A stretch of 64,000 bases of DNA from Phoronis australis (GCA_002633005.1 NMRA01000894.1:1-64000), one strand, 5' to 3'. Shown: positions 37,856 through 50,462, counted from the stretch's first letter. The notes: generated by a model not told the origin, from the sequence alone. Numbers and translations: made by a program.

Positions 37856-38250
37856 TTACTTTAAACACTTGATGGAACTGTGCTCAACCGCCATCTTCAG
37901 TTGGTCTCCTACTGTCCTTAATGGTTTCGTCCCTAAACCAAGACCATCTCTAGTAGGCAGGACAACAGAGTTGATCACGCTCTGTCTGACGGTTGTTGGT
38001 GTTGTTGCTGTTGGTATTTCATCCAAATCCAACAAGATGCCTGTTCAGCTTCAGTGGCTACGTCGCATAGCAGAGCCTTCTTTCCTGACATGGAGACGCC
38101 AAGGCACCTCGCCATGGTAATGACCGAACTGGCCCGAAAACCCCGGCAGCCGACCTCCACAGGAAAACTCCAACATCTCCAGCCGTTAACATGACAGTCA
38201 TTCCTAAGGTCTGCATATTTCAAGTTCTTTCGCTCGTGTGCCTCTTCCTC
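37856..38250 (-). mobile_element. 5'-truncated HERO-type (restriction-like endonuclease) non-LTR retrotransposon nested in the LINE
   Basis: EEAHERKNLKYADL...GWRCWSFPVEVGCRGF...AEQASCWIW matches the C-terminal RLE region of HERO-clade elements. Followed by a ~120-nt structured 3' UTR. It splits the LINE RT between LYISD and APDTINSKTFFHADD. Confidence 0.82.
37884..37974 (-). ncRNA. Putative non-circularly permuted (pseudoknotted) hammerhead ribozyme
   Basis: Core CUGAAGA (37900-37894), GAAA (37928-37925) and GUC triplet (37944-37942). Stem I UUGGU/ACCAA, stem II GUCCU/GGGAC and stem III AUGGU/ACCAU all pair. Confidence 0.7.
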
Positions 38251-41218
38251 ATCACTGATGTACAATAAAAAGAGTAAGGGGCCTAGTACGCTATCCTGTG
38301 GTACTCCACCATTTACAAAACCTGGCGTTGATGAGCGAGATAAGACACCCTCTATTAGGACTTTGTAAGTTTGACATTCCAGATATGATTTTAAAAGTGA
38401 GAAGAGAGTTCTGGAAAAACCGTAAGATTGTAATTTATGTAGAAACAGATCATGGGGAACGGTACAAAAGCCGACGCAATGTCTAAGAATACGGATCTCA
38501 CGTTGTATCCTTGCTCAAACTGGAGGTGGATTTCATGTACAATTTCTGTAAGTTGTGACACAGTGCTGTTACCAGGCATGAATCTGAATTGGCGACGATA
38601 TATGAGGTTTTGTGAAGAGATGTGGTCAAACATGTGTTGAGAAATTATTTTTTCTAAAATTTTGGATAGGGTGTTAAGTAGACCTATGGGGCGATAGTTG
38701 GCAATGTCTGTTTTGAAGTTCTTTTTGTGTATTGGTATCATAACACCAAGTTTTCAGTTCAAAGGAAATTTTCCAGATTGTAGTATTTTGTTGTATAATG
38801 TTGTCAAAGGAGCTGTAAGCTCTCTTGCTATTATCTTAATCATTTTATTGGTTATGAGATTGGTACCGTTGTTTTTGTTTTCGACAATATTTTCTAGTAG
38901 TTTTCGGACTTCAGAAGGTTGGTCTTGTATGTCAGAGAGATGTTCTAATGTTCTGTTTGGGAATTTGGGAAAGCTTGTTGTTGGTGCAACGTGATTCTTG
39001 GCCGTGAAGTATTCTAAAAACAACTTTCTTTTTCAGCTTTGAATGATGCCTGAGTGTTGGATTCCTTTGAGTGGATGGTGGGGTATGAAGATTGCTTTAC
39101 ATGTCCTCAAATTTTGTTTATTATATCCCAATATTCCTTTGAATTTTTGGAGACATTGTTGATGTTGGAGATAATTTTCATCTTATAGTCTTGTTTCGTC
39201 TTTTTGTTTAGTTCTTCCATAGTGAGATTCAATAATACATGTACACATCGTTGTGTACAATGGAGCACCCAGGACAGATTTAATGAAAAACCGTTTGTAA
39301 TCATAAACTTACGTATTAAGCGCGATGACACTGTTACATCTATGCAGCAGTATGACAATAATAGAGGATGAACAAGAACTAGTTACAAAGACTGTGAACA
39401 TGTGGACAGTAGCACCCATAACTTGTAGTGCAGTGGTGAGGTATTGCACCAGTGTTCAATTTTTGGCTCAAAAGAAAGGCAAAATTGCCATGTAAGTCCG
39501 TAAAAGACATAGTAGCTATTGTTATTCTGTTATTGGTTGTAAAAATAGAACTTAGCAGTGCTATCGGAAAGCAAGGTTTGTTTGTAAACAGTCGTGTCCT
39601 TTACTGAGGTGCAATGAATGGTTTGTAATCATTTGGGTGTGCCCGCGTAACATCATGTACAAAGTATGCATGTATTTTCTCTTGACAAAACACCAGCAAA
39701 ATGTGACAAAACAATGGCAATAATTGCCATGAAGCTGAGTACCAACTTTGGCAGTGACAGGCCCTAACTGAAGTATATATGCGATGGATGGCAAAGGGAG
39801 TGAAATTAAGTCGACAGACTGACACCCAGGCCATTAAGCAGACAGACTGACGTCACCAAGGCTAAACACCAGTATAAAACTGGCCAGCCTACCCCCAGCA
39901 TCCGCGAAAAAATGGACCGCCGGGACACGAATAAAAATAACACTTTGAATCTACATAAAGACGCGGTGCACTATCTGGCACAAAGTTGGTGCCAAAATGG
40001 GTGCAACGAAAGTCTGTAGTGAAACGGAAGCGACTGAGTTCAAGTGAATTTTCCGTTTTATGTTATAGATAGCCCGAGTTTCATCTCAACAGGATATTGA
40101 CAGCGTCTCAGCCTGGCGTGATACAAATAAATCACTATTAATGGCTTCCAAAGGCAAAACCCAAATGGGACGTCGTGTTCAATTCAGCAAAACTTGTCTC
40201 TTGAAAGGAAAAGTTGCTACCGAGATATGCTGGTACAGAGCATTTGTATACAGGGAAAGTTATGAACCACTGTTCATCAGCATGCATTGATCAGGTTCAT
40301 CGGCGTTTACTCCGCAGCTGTAATGGTAAAATTAGAGGTAAGTAGGCGCCTAAAGCCCATCATATCACCGTGAGCACTGAATTTCAAAGTGCATAGAACT
40401 CGTACAACCTGGCTCACAAACATGTAGGCTTATTTTTGACTCACGAGTGGGTATTTACAAAGAGTCTGCAGTGGCGGATCTTGGTCGGAGAAAGAGGGTC
40501 AAACCACACCTATTTGAAGCCAAAGGTCCGCATGCATTTCAAGTGGTCTCTGAAAGGTGCCCATGCATACAGGACAATAGGAGTGTCGGGGCCTTTGCCA
40601 ACCCCTTTATCCACCTATGGTACATGTGACACCATAATATGGCACAATAACTGATTTCTTATCTTGAATTAATAAAAATTCCATTACTCCACGAGCATAT
40701 GCCTGGTGATAATGCACGCGGAAATGTTCGACAACAAATGCTGTCAGCATAGCGCATTGATGCAGTAAGGTATCGTATCGAGACTACGAAGAATTGTTCT
40801 TTCTCCCAATACCATTCACGGTGTCCTGTTTCGGTGACTTCGTAAGAAATTCGCAGTCAAAGCACAAAAATGTTCACAAAAAACCGACACACTTTTATCT
40901 TGGACCACTCGAGGTCAAGGACGGTACAGAAATTGCTGATGAGTTACGGAAGTACTCAATAGTTTTTCTACTGGCGGCTAAGTGTACAGTTATCGACATC
41001 GTGACTTTACGCGACAAACCGGCAATTTCCGTACCGTCCTTGACCTCAAGCGGTCCAAGATAAAAGTGAAGCACCCGTGGAATTTCAAGTCCGAAGTGTC
41101 ATACCTTGTAGTATTATATATAGTGTATTGGGGACGATCAGAAGCTGAGGACGCCTATGCTATATACCGTCACATGTCATATGATCATTCATACGCATAC
41201 GATACGGTGCGTAGACTA

Positions 41219-42040
41219 CAGTCAAGTGACCTAATTATCGGACGTTTTGGCACATTTTGCATTATATTTAATTGAAAATCACTACGGACTGTTGTAAATT
41301 CTTTGCTGAAATAAAGACTTACCTTTATAGAATTGTTGTGTTACTATATCTTGTCACCGAAAGCCACATTTATGTTCCGACTGAACTTTAAAAAACACAA
41401 CAAGCAAACCTTCGGAGAACCTAAATATCGGAAACCATGTTTCCCCATACGCCACACCGCGGAAAACTGACTAACCACGTAATGGCCGCGGGCACCTTGT
41501 AGCCAAATTTCAGCTCGAGTGTTTTCACATCTATGCTGCTAGAACACAGGTCCATTCGCAACAAACTTATCCATCAAATGAAATCTGATGACGGCGCCAA
41601 GTCATTTCGATGAATTAGCGCAGACGACTAAAGCACGTGCAAACAGACTGCAGTTTTTAGTATCACTTTGGCTTCTTGATATTACACCCGCACGTGCGCG
41701 GTCGGGGTTTGACTTGAGTTTAAAAACAAACGAAAAAATGGAACAGTGACATATTGTCAGTTCAATGAGAAAGTTTCATTGTGGAAAAAGATTTTATTTT
41801 CAACTTTTATAATCGATTTATTCGATCGTCCATTTTAGGCCGACTTGGGGGTCTAAATTGCACCCTCTCTCGGTGAAATCAAAACGAGGCAACGCTGTAA
41901 AAAACGAGACGGTGCCGGACATTGAATGCATTACAACGGAACAACAATTGGTGTCATTTAATTCTCAGATTATGCTTCAAGTAAGATTTTTTGAAATGTC
42001 CGATATTTAGGTTCCGTCCGATAATTAGGTACACTATGTG
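41219..42040. mobile_element. Tc1/mariner-pogo-like non-autonomous element, ~820 bp
   Basis: TA-flanked. Inverted ends share ACCTAATTATCGGACG, and a second inverted pair AACCTAAATATCGGA lies at 41418 and 41999-42013. Confidence 0.7.
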
Positions 42041-43177
42041 TACCGTAGATGCTACGTCAAAATGAAAAAAGGTGGTTGCTGTGGTTGGATGCAACTACCT
42101 GCGCTTAATTCCCACTATACCGTAACTTACGGTGGGTAGGCGCTACATTGAAAAGCAAAAAGGTGGTTGGCTGCGTCTATGTGCGCTTGCGCCCCACTAA
42201 AGCACTGACTCTACCTTTCTATCAGATCTATCCGCTCGTCTTTGCTAAGATGTCCCAGGGGAGTGCCAAATTGATTTTTACTTCCGGATGAAAAAATTTC
42301 ACAGTGGATTTTTTTATCGACAAATGATCAAAGAAGATGGAATTGAATCAGATCGTTGACCTTATTTAACAAATCACACATGATAAAATACAAAAGACAA
42401 ACGTTTATAATTTTCGATGTCGATCAAGATGTGTATTATTATCCGCGCGCACATCACATGACCAGTCATCTGCTGATAGTAAACAAGGCGCGGGACGAGT
42501 AGATGAGGTGCTTCTTCAAAATTGAGTCTGGAACCAACGCATCCTTCCTGTGTGGGACGTATATATTTTTAAAGCCAATTTGTTTCAGTAATAGTCAATG
42601 TGGACGGATTATGTGGAAGCATTAGAACTGCAGTGCATAATGGTGTTATATCAAAACATAAAAAATCAAGGATCGCATCTTTACTCAAACTCGACAAAAA
42701 CGAACTGATACTGTTTAGTGTCTAGTGATAGCCAGGGCCTCTTATGTCGAAGTGGTGACTGGATCTGATTACGTAATAAGTTATCCCTATCTACAATTGG
42801 ATTAAACCACGTGATTCAGATCCCCGGGACAGCCTACAGTTATCTGACTTTAGAAGCAGATAGTGGTTACAGAGATTAAGTGCTCTACAATCTACCCCCT
42901 CCCCCGTGGGATTTCTCTGATCTGGATACTACTGTACAACTAGCCCTCCTCCACGATCTCGAGTCAAATCTCTGGATGAACTTGACCGAATGACCTGGCT
43001 TTTCAGTGACTGTGATTGTATCTACAACAGAAGTTCACTCGGACTAATCATGCGTTACAGTATAACTGACAGTTTTATTTCTGGCTGATAAGAAGCTTGA
43101 TTACTTGTTATAGTCAACAGGTCACGTTGTAGTGACAAGTTTTATAAATTGTGCCAGTTGAAGCAAATTATTGAGGG

Positions 43178-43280
43178 ATGGAGACAGTCGTGCTAAGTTT
43201 CAACAAAGCTGCTGCGTGTTTGTTGCTGCTTTTGACAACAGCATGCAATGTGGAGGTTCATTGTCTCGTCGATGAAGGAA
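43178..43280 (+). CDS. CTNS: Cystinosin, coding exon 1 (signal peptide)
   Basis: METVVLSFNKAAACLLLLLTTACNVEVHCLVDEG. A|gtacgt phase-1 donor matches the phase of the next exon. Confidence 0.7.
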
Positions 43281-43986
43281 GTACGTTCTCTCCTGTTATC
43301 TGCCATGAAGTTCTTGTGCTTGAAAATTTTTAAACTTGCTGTAAACCTGTCTTCTCACTTTTGATGGGATCAGGCCACTTCAATATCTAGGGAAATCATA
43401 CCCATTTCATTTTAAACAAGTGTTAAATTAGGATATTAAACCCTGTTTTGATGATTACAGCCAATCCTCATTCAGGCACTTCTAATGCATCATTGGCACC
43501 AGTCTTGAAAGATAAAAGCAGGAATCTACAAAAAATTATGCTATCTATGTCACACATTGAGTATTATGGTTCTTGGTGGCTGGTCTTTCTCCACAGTTGC
43601 CTTGCAATTCACTAAGAGCATAGGCCACGCTTCCATTTTGCAGACGTTGAAATGGGTTCTTAAATTTTCCTTCCAACTTTTGAGGGTTGTCAAGAGTTAT
43701 CAAGCATTATTTTGTTTCAGGGAATTGGATGGGAATGTCGTTTTTAACGTATTTTAGGACCAAATTGGGTTTGGTATCATTTAAGTAATGTTCAAATCAA
43801 AATAATCTTTGTATTTTTGTTAAATGGCTCAATGAAAATGAACATTATATAAGCCAAATGGTAGTTTATTAGGGTATGAGTTTGCCTGGGTTCATGTTGT
43901 TTGGTTTGGTCAGACTTGATTTAAATCAATGACCAGTGCTGTAAAACTGCTTACTCATGTTGCAAGTCACTTTGGCTTGAGAATTG

Positions 43987-44061
43987 AACCAACTTTTCAT
44001 TTCTTGGCCTAAACCAACTTTTCATTTCTTGGCCTAAACCAACTTTTCATTTCTTGGCCTA
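43987..44061. repeat. Tandem repeat, 25-bp unit x3
   Basis: AACCAACTTTTCATTTCTTGGCCTA repeated three times. Confidence 0.95.
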
Positions 44062-44468
44062 AGACTCAAGGCATAAAATGATCCACCAGATCAAGCCGGC
44101 TTATTGAGGTGAAGGTGTCAAGCAGTTCTTCCAAAGATAAGAAATTAATTGGAGAAAGAGATCACATGTGGCCCAACTTTAGATTACTTGCTGGTGTTTG
44201 TCAGAAGGCAGGTTTTGAACTGTTTTAATTGTTGAAAATATTTTTCTAATTGAAATAGTTAAGTGTACTCAGCATTTAACCTGCTTAAAGTTCAACAATT
44301 TGCAATGCTTTTGTCAACTCGCAGTGATTTTGTGTTTGTTAGAAAGGATGTTTGTTACTCAAAAATGTGTTGGAGTCTCCCAACTACTGACCTTGAAATC
44401 TTTCTTGACAAAATACTATTATGCTACTTATATAATGCGTGTTAAGCAGTCATCTATCATTGTTACAG

Positions 44469-44559
44469 ATTCTACCAGAGCCAATACAACTGTACATTTT
44501 TCAACTTCAAGCATTGAACTTCAGCTTGGAAACTCGCAAAACCTAACCATAACACCAAG
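44469..44559 (+). CDS. CTNS: Cystinosin, coding exon 2 (luminal domain)
   Basis: ttacag acceptor and AG|gtttgt donor. STRANTTVHFSTSSIELQLGNSQNLTITP carries N-glycosylation sequons. Phases 1/2 are consistent. Confidence 0.8.
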
Positions 44560-45625
44560 GTTTGTAATAGGATTTCATGGAAGACATTCTGAGAATGTAG
44601 CACACAACTGACAAAATTTCAGTATGAGGTAGGCCTACTCATTTTCATGCCCAGGTATTACATTGCTGTAGATTTTGAATGGGTGGATGGGACCCTTTAT
44701 ACTCTGTGTAATTATGTGTACATATTGAGATATATTTTAATTTTGAAGTAAATTTCATCTTAAAATTACTTAGTCCGAAAAGGTTATTGTATTTTTTATG
44801 TCAAATTTCAATGTTTATTTTTGCACTTTCCAAGGTTTCAATATTATTGGACTTAAATTTTCAAAATTTTTCTCGGTACAGACTCTAATTTTCATTTTAC
44901 AAATGTACTTTTCTAATTTTAACCTTCTATTAGTACTCTGAACTTTTTACAATTTGAAAGTCCTACACAGTAAGAATTGTGTTTTATAAAAATTATTGGA
45001 TCTGCACAACTCAGTTACTGAGTGTGTTTGCATACGAAACTCATTGTCAGGCAGGAGTGTGCCTGAAGATTCATACCACTTGCGACAAAATGGATGCCAT
45101 TTGAGGTCACTAAGCATACGAGACCATGTAATCTAACTCATGTTCAGTCTCAATGCTTTCAGTGTTGTCTGTGGCTACAATTGGACAGCTGCTCTGTGAA
45201 GTAAGCCCTCATCAGATTTCTTTCAGTTGTAATGAAATGAGCTAAGGATCATTTGTTGGTAGTCATTTTGTCAACACACTAGCTGCTTTCAGTGTGTCTA
45301 TGTCTATGTCTACTATTGGAGAGCTGCTCTGTGGATTAAGCCCCATCAGATTTCTTTCTGTCAGTTGTAACGAAATGAACTAAAGATAATTTGCAGGTAG
45401 TCAATTTTACTAGTATGTATAGTCAAATTTTCAACAAATCATGATCAAAAAATGTAGTTTTCCTCTTCAGTCCCTCAAAACAACTACGAGGTTTAAGAAA
45501 ATGCAATACTCTCAGCATGGTAGTTTCTAGTCAGCCTGGACACAAATATGAATGAAAAGCGTAATATATTTTTCTGTTTATTACGTTAAGACGTTAAGAA
45601 TTTCATTTTCTGTACTCTGTTGCAG

Positions 45626-45835
45626 TTCACCTTTGGACAGAGATGCAGTTTTGATATTCAACTATCAAATCGACAAATCCATCGATCCGACCCAGGGGGC
45701 ACATGTTGTCATTCGGCCACTAGAAAACATCACTATACCTGCCCTCTCAAGTCAGCCTGTGGTCGTATCCGTCAAGTCTAACAGTCCCGGTCATGTGACT
45801 ATTGGTGTGAATTCGTCTTCCTCAGAACTTCACGA
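45626..45835 (+). CDS. CTNS: Cystinosin, coding exon 3 (luminal domain)
   Basis: tgcag acceptor and GA|gtaag donor. SPLDRDAVLIFNY...PLENITIP...PGHVTIGVNSSSSELH. Confidence 0.85.
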
Positions 45836-46881
45836 GTAAGCGAGAGGGAATTATTTTTTTTCCGTGCTTAGTGTAGAAACAAATGTCAGAGACCAGTTTT
45901 GTAGCCTTGTGACCATAAGTGACAATTTATACACTCCTTGGTTATTCTGCTGGCATACAGCCTCACATTCACACGTTATACAGGCATCCAATCCATGCAT
46001 GTGTGCGTACGTTGACTTAATGTCAAATCAAGCTGAAAAGGACTACCATGACAAAACATCACAGGAACTACAACCACTTTTTGTTAGTCAGATCCAGCAA
46101 TGTCGGCGGATTCACGCCATTGTCGTAGCCAATTGGGCTATGCATGTGTTTGGCACACTTGGCTTCGACGGAGGGACGCTTGCAATAAGTAATGATACAC
46201 AGAAACTACGAAGGAGCTGAAAATTCTTGAGGCTCTACATATCAATTGGTGTAAGCACACCACAGGTTGTCATTGTTAGTCTAGTCTATTGTTACTCCCT
46301 TGTAACTGACTGTGTCTGTGTATCATTACTTGGTGTTGGGCGTAGCAAGGTGGCCACTGTTTTTTCTTCTGAGGATGGTGTTTTAATAAACGCCGAAACA
46401 TTTTTAAATCCATTGTTGTTTTTATTAACACATGCTGCTACCCCGGTACTTGCTATCATGGAAATTTGCTTAATCGTGGAAAGGCGTACTACTCTAAAGT
46501 CTGTGGTCATTTATTGAAGATTTAAATGAATCTTCACTATGAATGGTAAAATCTTTTAGTGTATGAAATGGCGATCAAATGGAATTCTATTTTTGGATTT
46601 TTTATTAAAATAAAAAGCATGAAATGAATGCTTTGTCAATTTTAGGTCAATATGTAACTTACAACCATACATTGTCTTGACAAGTTGTATTCACAACATG
46701 TAACTTACAACCTTAGGTATTCACAACAATGCCAGAATCCTAAAAAAGGTGAAAATGTATTATATCTCAAATGTTTTTTTCCAAAATTGGTGAGATTTTA
46801 CTGAATTTTAAAAGTGACAACAACTTCATCAAATTCTGCCAAACGCTTTTCTGTACAACTGTAATTTTTTCCTATCTCCAG

Positions 46882-47022
46882 CTTGTACCAATCCTTCTGT
46901 AAAGTGACAGTGAAGCGCTCACACGCTCTAGTCATTGTCAACCAAGTAATTGGATGGATCTACTTTGTCGCTTGGACGATTTCGTTTTACCCTCAGGTCA
47001 TTGAAAATTTTAGAAGAAAAAG
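46882..47022 (+). CDS. CTNS: Cystinosin, coding exon 4 (TM1, first PQ loop)
   Basis: [28 protein letters not shown] with canonical splice sites. Confidence 0.96.
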
Positions 47023-47611
47023 GTAAGTGAAATAATTCTCATTTAACGGAGAACTGCATGACTTGAGGAATACAAAGTCAATAAACTAATGTAATTGGCT
47101 ACCTTCGTTACCAAAGATCAAATTTCTTCAAGAACTTTTCACTATTATTGTATACCTAAAATATCCTTGATGTTCCCAACTCGAAATAGAACTCAAAAGT
47201 ATTTTTCTCATTTTTGTTGTACTTTTTGTGAACTCGATATAAGTGTCTATTGTATTCTGCTTAAGTACAACATTAGAGTTTACATAGGCTAGTGACCCCT
47301 AGATTAAAGGTACAAACTTGAGTAAAAACTCAAGATTTTGAGAAAACTGAAAATTTTGAGTTCATATTCGAAGTTAAAGCTTTAATTCTCAGGTGATCAA
47401 GTACAAGCTAGGATTAGACTGTGAACCACGTGAGCCATAAAGTAGTCTAGTACACAATAATGAACACTTATCGTGATATCGCACAAAATGAGAATGGAAA
47501 ATATCAAAAATAATTTTGACTACTAAGTTTAGGCCCTGAGTGGATGTTTGTGATCATGTGACTTTTTTCTCTAAAAATTGTACAAATTATGTTTCTGTTT
47601 TTATAGTGATC

Positions 47612-49291
47612 CATGACAGCGACATCCTGTTGCCCCCATCTTGTTCGATTCTATAGCCAAACAACAAGTTGGGAAGTTTACCCCCATAGCCAATATCTTA
47701 CATGACTGATTAACTCCATTCTGGCAGTTAGGGTTGGAGGGCCAGCTCCATGTTGTGAACACATCCACTAAAACAAGAAACTGTAGGAACACTGCATTTA
47801 TCCACCTTCACTCTTATCAGGCTTCTATTGTGAGTCAGCATGCGTGAATAATTGGCTGATAAGCCACCTCTGGAACTACTTTGGGCTGAATGGATGACCA
47901 GGCCATAAAATGATAATTAGCCAAGACCAGTTACTATAATGCAACAAAGAACAANNNNNNNNNNNNNNNNNNNNNNNNNNNNNNNNNNNNNNNNNNNNNN
48001 NNNNNNNNNNNNNNNNNNNNNNNNNNNNNNNNNNNNNNNNNNNNNNNNNNNNNNNNNNNNNNNNNNNNNNNNNNNNNNNNNNNNNNNNNNNNNNNNNNNN
48101 NNNNNNNNNNNNNNNNNNNNNNNNNNNNNNNNNNNNNNNNNNNNNNNNNNNNNNNNNNNNNNNNNNNNNNNNNNNNNNNNNNNNNNNNNNNNNNNNNNNN
48201 NNNNNNNNNNNNNNNNNNNNNNNNNNNNNNNNNNNNNNNNNNNNNNNNNNNNNNNNNNNNNNNNNNNNNNNNNNNNNNNNNNNNNNNNNNNNNNNNNNNN
48301 NNNNNNNNNNNNNNNNNNNNNNNNNNNNNNNNNNNNNNNNNNNNNNNNNNNNNNNNNNNNNNNNNNNNNNNNNNNNNNNNNNNNNNNNNNNNNNNNNNNN
48401 NNNNNNNNNNNNNNNNNNNNNNNNNNNNNNNNNNNNNNNNNNNNNNNNNNNNNNNNNNNNNNNNNNNNNNNNNNNNNNNNNNNNNNNNNNNNNNNNNNNN
48501 NNNNNNNNNNNNNNNNNNNNNNNNNNNNNNNNNNNNNNNNNNNNNNNNNNNNNNNNNNNNNNNNNNNNNNNNNNNNNNNNNNNNNNNNNNNNNNNNNNNN
48601 NNNNNNNNNNNNNNNNNNNNNNNNNNNNNNNNNNNNNNNNGTACAGTTGTTAGGCTAGACTGTAATCAGCTGATCATATCCGCATGAGCGAAGTCAATTA
48701 TCCTCGCTCGTGACTCGATGAATAGAGCAGCTTGGCGGCATCCCTTTGAGCATGAGCCGAGCGCGTCTCAGCCAAGGTGGATAAATACGGTTTAGTTCAA
48801 TTTTCCATACCCCGCCGTTTACCTTAAACACCGGGGTTAGAACCAATTTTATTTAGTGGGAATGTTCATAGCATGCTCTTTTGTTCGATAATTGCTCTAA
48901 TCTCCGATCAGATCATATCTAGCCTGACTGGGCTGGGCTGATAAAAATGAAAGTTAAGTTATAACATATTTGAGCTTAAACCAATAGCATTTCTGAATTC
49001 CTTATCAAATGCTGATCATGTTCCGTTTTTGAATCACCAAAATCGCCCAACTACAACAGAAGTAAGACAATTTATTCTGTCCAAAGGCACTGGGTTTACT
49101 GTGTTCATAGGCGTTTGGTTATAGCGTGCAACCACCATACCTTTCCTTTGAAGCCTGGGAGATAATTGGCCTGCTTGTTATCATATGGGACAAAAGACTG
49201 AGCTGGGCAGTTAACAAAAGAGGCAGATGTTATCGCAGGTTCAGCACCCCTCACGTCTGTAAAAGTTAGTGAACGACAGAACGCTGTAATG
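47612..49291. mobile_element. TIR element (CATGACAGCG...CGCTGTAATG) spanning an assembly gap (Ns 47955-48640)
   Basis: Both ends align over hundreds of bp with 60142-60683. ~10-bp imperfect TIR; no clear TSD. Confidence 0.75.
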
Positions 49292-49909
49292 AGTATAGTT
49301 TGGTAGCAGCCCTTCGTTAACAAAAACTTTGTTAAAACATTAGATGAAGTTTTTATATTGAAGAAACAAAATTAGCAAGTTTCATGGACAAAATTATGTT
49401 GTAGAATATGACCATCTCTTGGTGAAAATCATGATTTTTTTAAAAGATGAAGTCAAAACATGTGATCACGAGCTTTTGGGCATTGCTTTCTTGCACGTAT
49501 AGGCTTTTGTGATCATGAATTAAAATAATTACATTTTGTTTATGGGTCTGCTATTAATACCTAAAACAATATAAATAAGAAATTTGATCCTAGGTTAGCT
49601 AATTACCATAAATTCAAACATTTGACACCAATCCTTGTGCAAAATTTGATGTCCAATGGCAATAGTATCATAAACATTGTTCAATGTAACTTTAAAATAT
49701 CATGTCTTGACAAAACTTGACTTCACTTGGTTATCTCACATTTCCAAATCAATGAATGTTGAAACTGTTCTTCATAGCAATGACATTTGTCCAGTTTGTT
49801 AGTCTTACTTTGAATCCGTCGTGATTTCACATTTGACATGCAGTGTGTGGAAAAGAAGTACAATTTGGATTTCAGAAATTCTGTTTAAATTATTTCTGTT
49901 TTCTTTCAG

Positions 49910-50009
49910 TGTGATTGGACTCAACTTTGATTTCTTGGTCTACAACATTCTTGGATTTACGGCATATGGCTTATTTAATGTTGGAATGTTCTGGATTCCT
50001 GAGATTATG
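49910..50009 (+). CDS. CTNS: Cystinosin, coding exon 5
   Basis: VIGLNFDFLVYNILGFTAYGLFNVGMFWIPEIM; ttcag acceptor and gtgtgt donor. Confidence 0.95.
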
Positions 50010-50462
50010 GTGTGTTTAAATTTTGGTTAGCTTTAACACAATTGTAATATACAAACCAAGTTCAGACAGAAAACATTTCACATAACACACTTATTTATGC
50101 TGTAGGGGTCCCTTTCAGTTGATATTTTATTGCATGCTTAATGCTGTTGTAAATCCACGCTCTGTCAGAAAAGATCTTTTAATTGAGACAACTTACTACA
50201 ATAAACACTGATATTGGTTTGACCTAATTCATATGAAAATTGATTTCTGTTCGTAGAATAAATGAATGGTTTGCTATAAGTACTTTAGACTGTGATTACC
50301 ATTCCGCTCAGCGTCTGTAAGTTGGGATAGTTACATAACAATCCTATCTATGTGGATTACTTGCCACTAATTCGGAAATCAATTTATAGCATTATTTAGC
50401 TAGACAATTGATAGAAATACTTTTTTCCATGCAGTACTGTTCTCCCCAAGATAAAGGTGAGC

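Larger units (their letters stand above)
36960..39220 (-). mobile_element. Decayed CR1/L2-group LINE ORF2 (reverse transcriptase), frameshifted, 5'-truncated
   Basis: Motifs IPIHKK, NYRPIGLLNTLSKILEK, VFLDIASAF, VPQDSVLGPLLFLLYISD, FHADD, HKHLGLLFDHKLTF and LPHLDYCDIIY occur in order across several frames. Confidence 0.92.

Noticed and set aside
37975-38265. 96-aa ORF as a host gene
   Set aside because: A chimera of LINE RT residues (YISD) and a HERO endonuclease tail.
40936-40960. CTGATGA followed by a hairpin as a hammerhead
   Set aside because: No GAAA after the stem and no stem I or III partners.
47939-48658. 239-aa ORF
   Set aside because: Artefact of the N gap.
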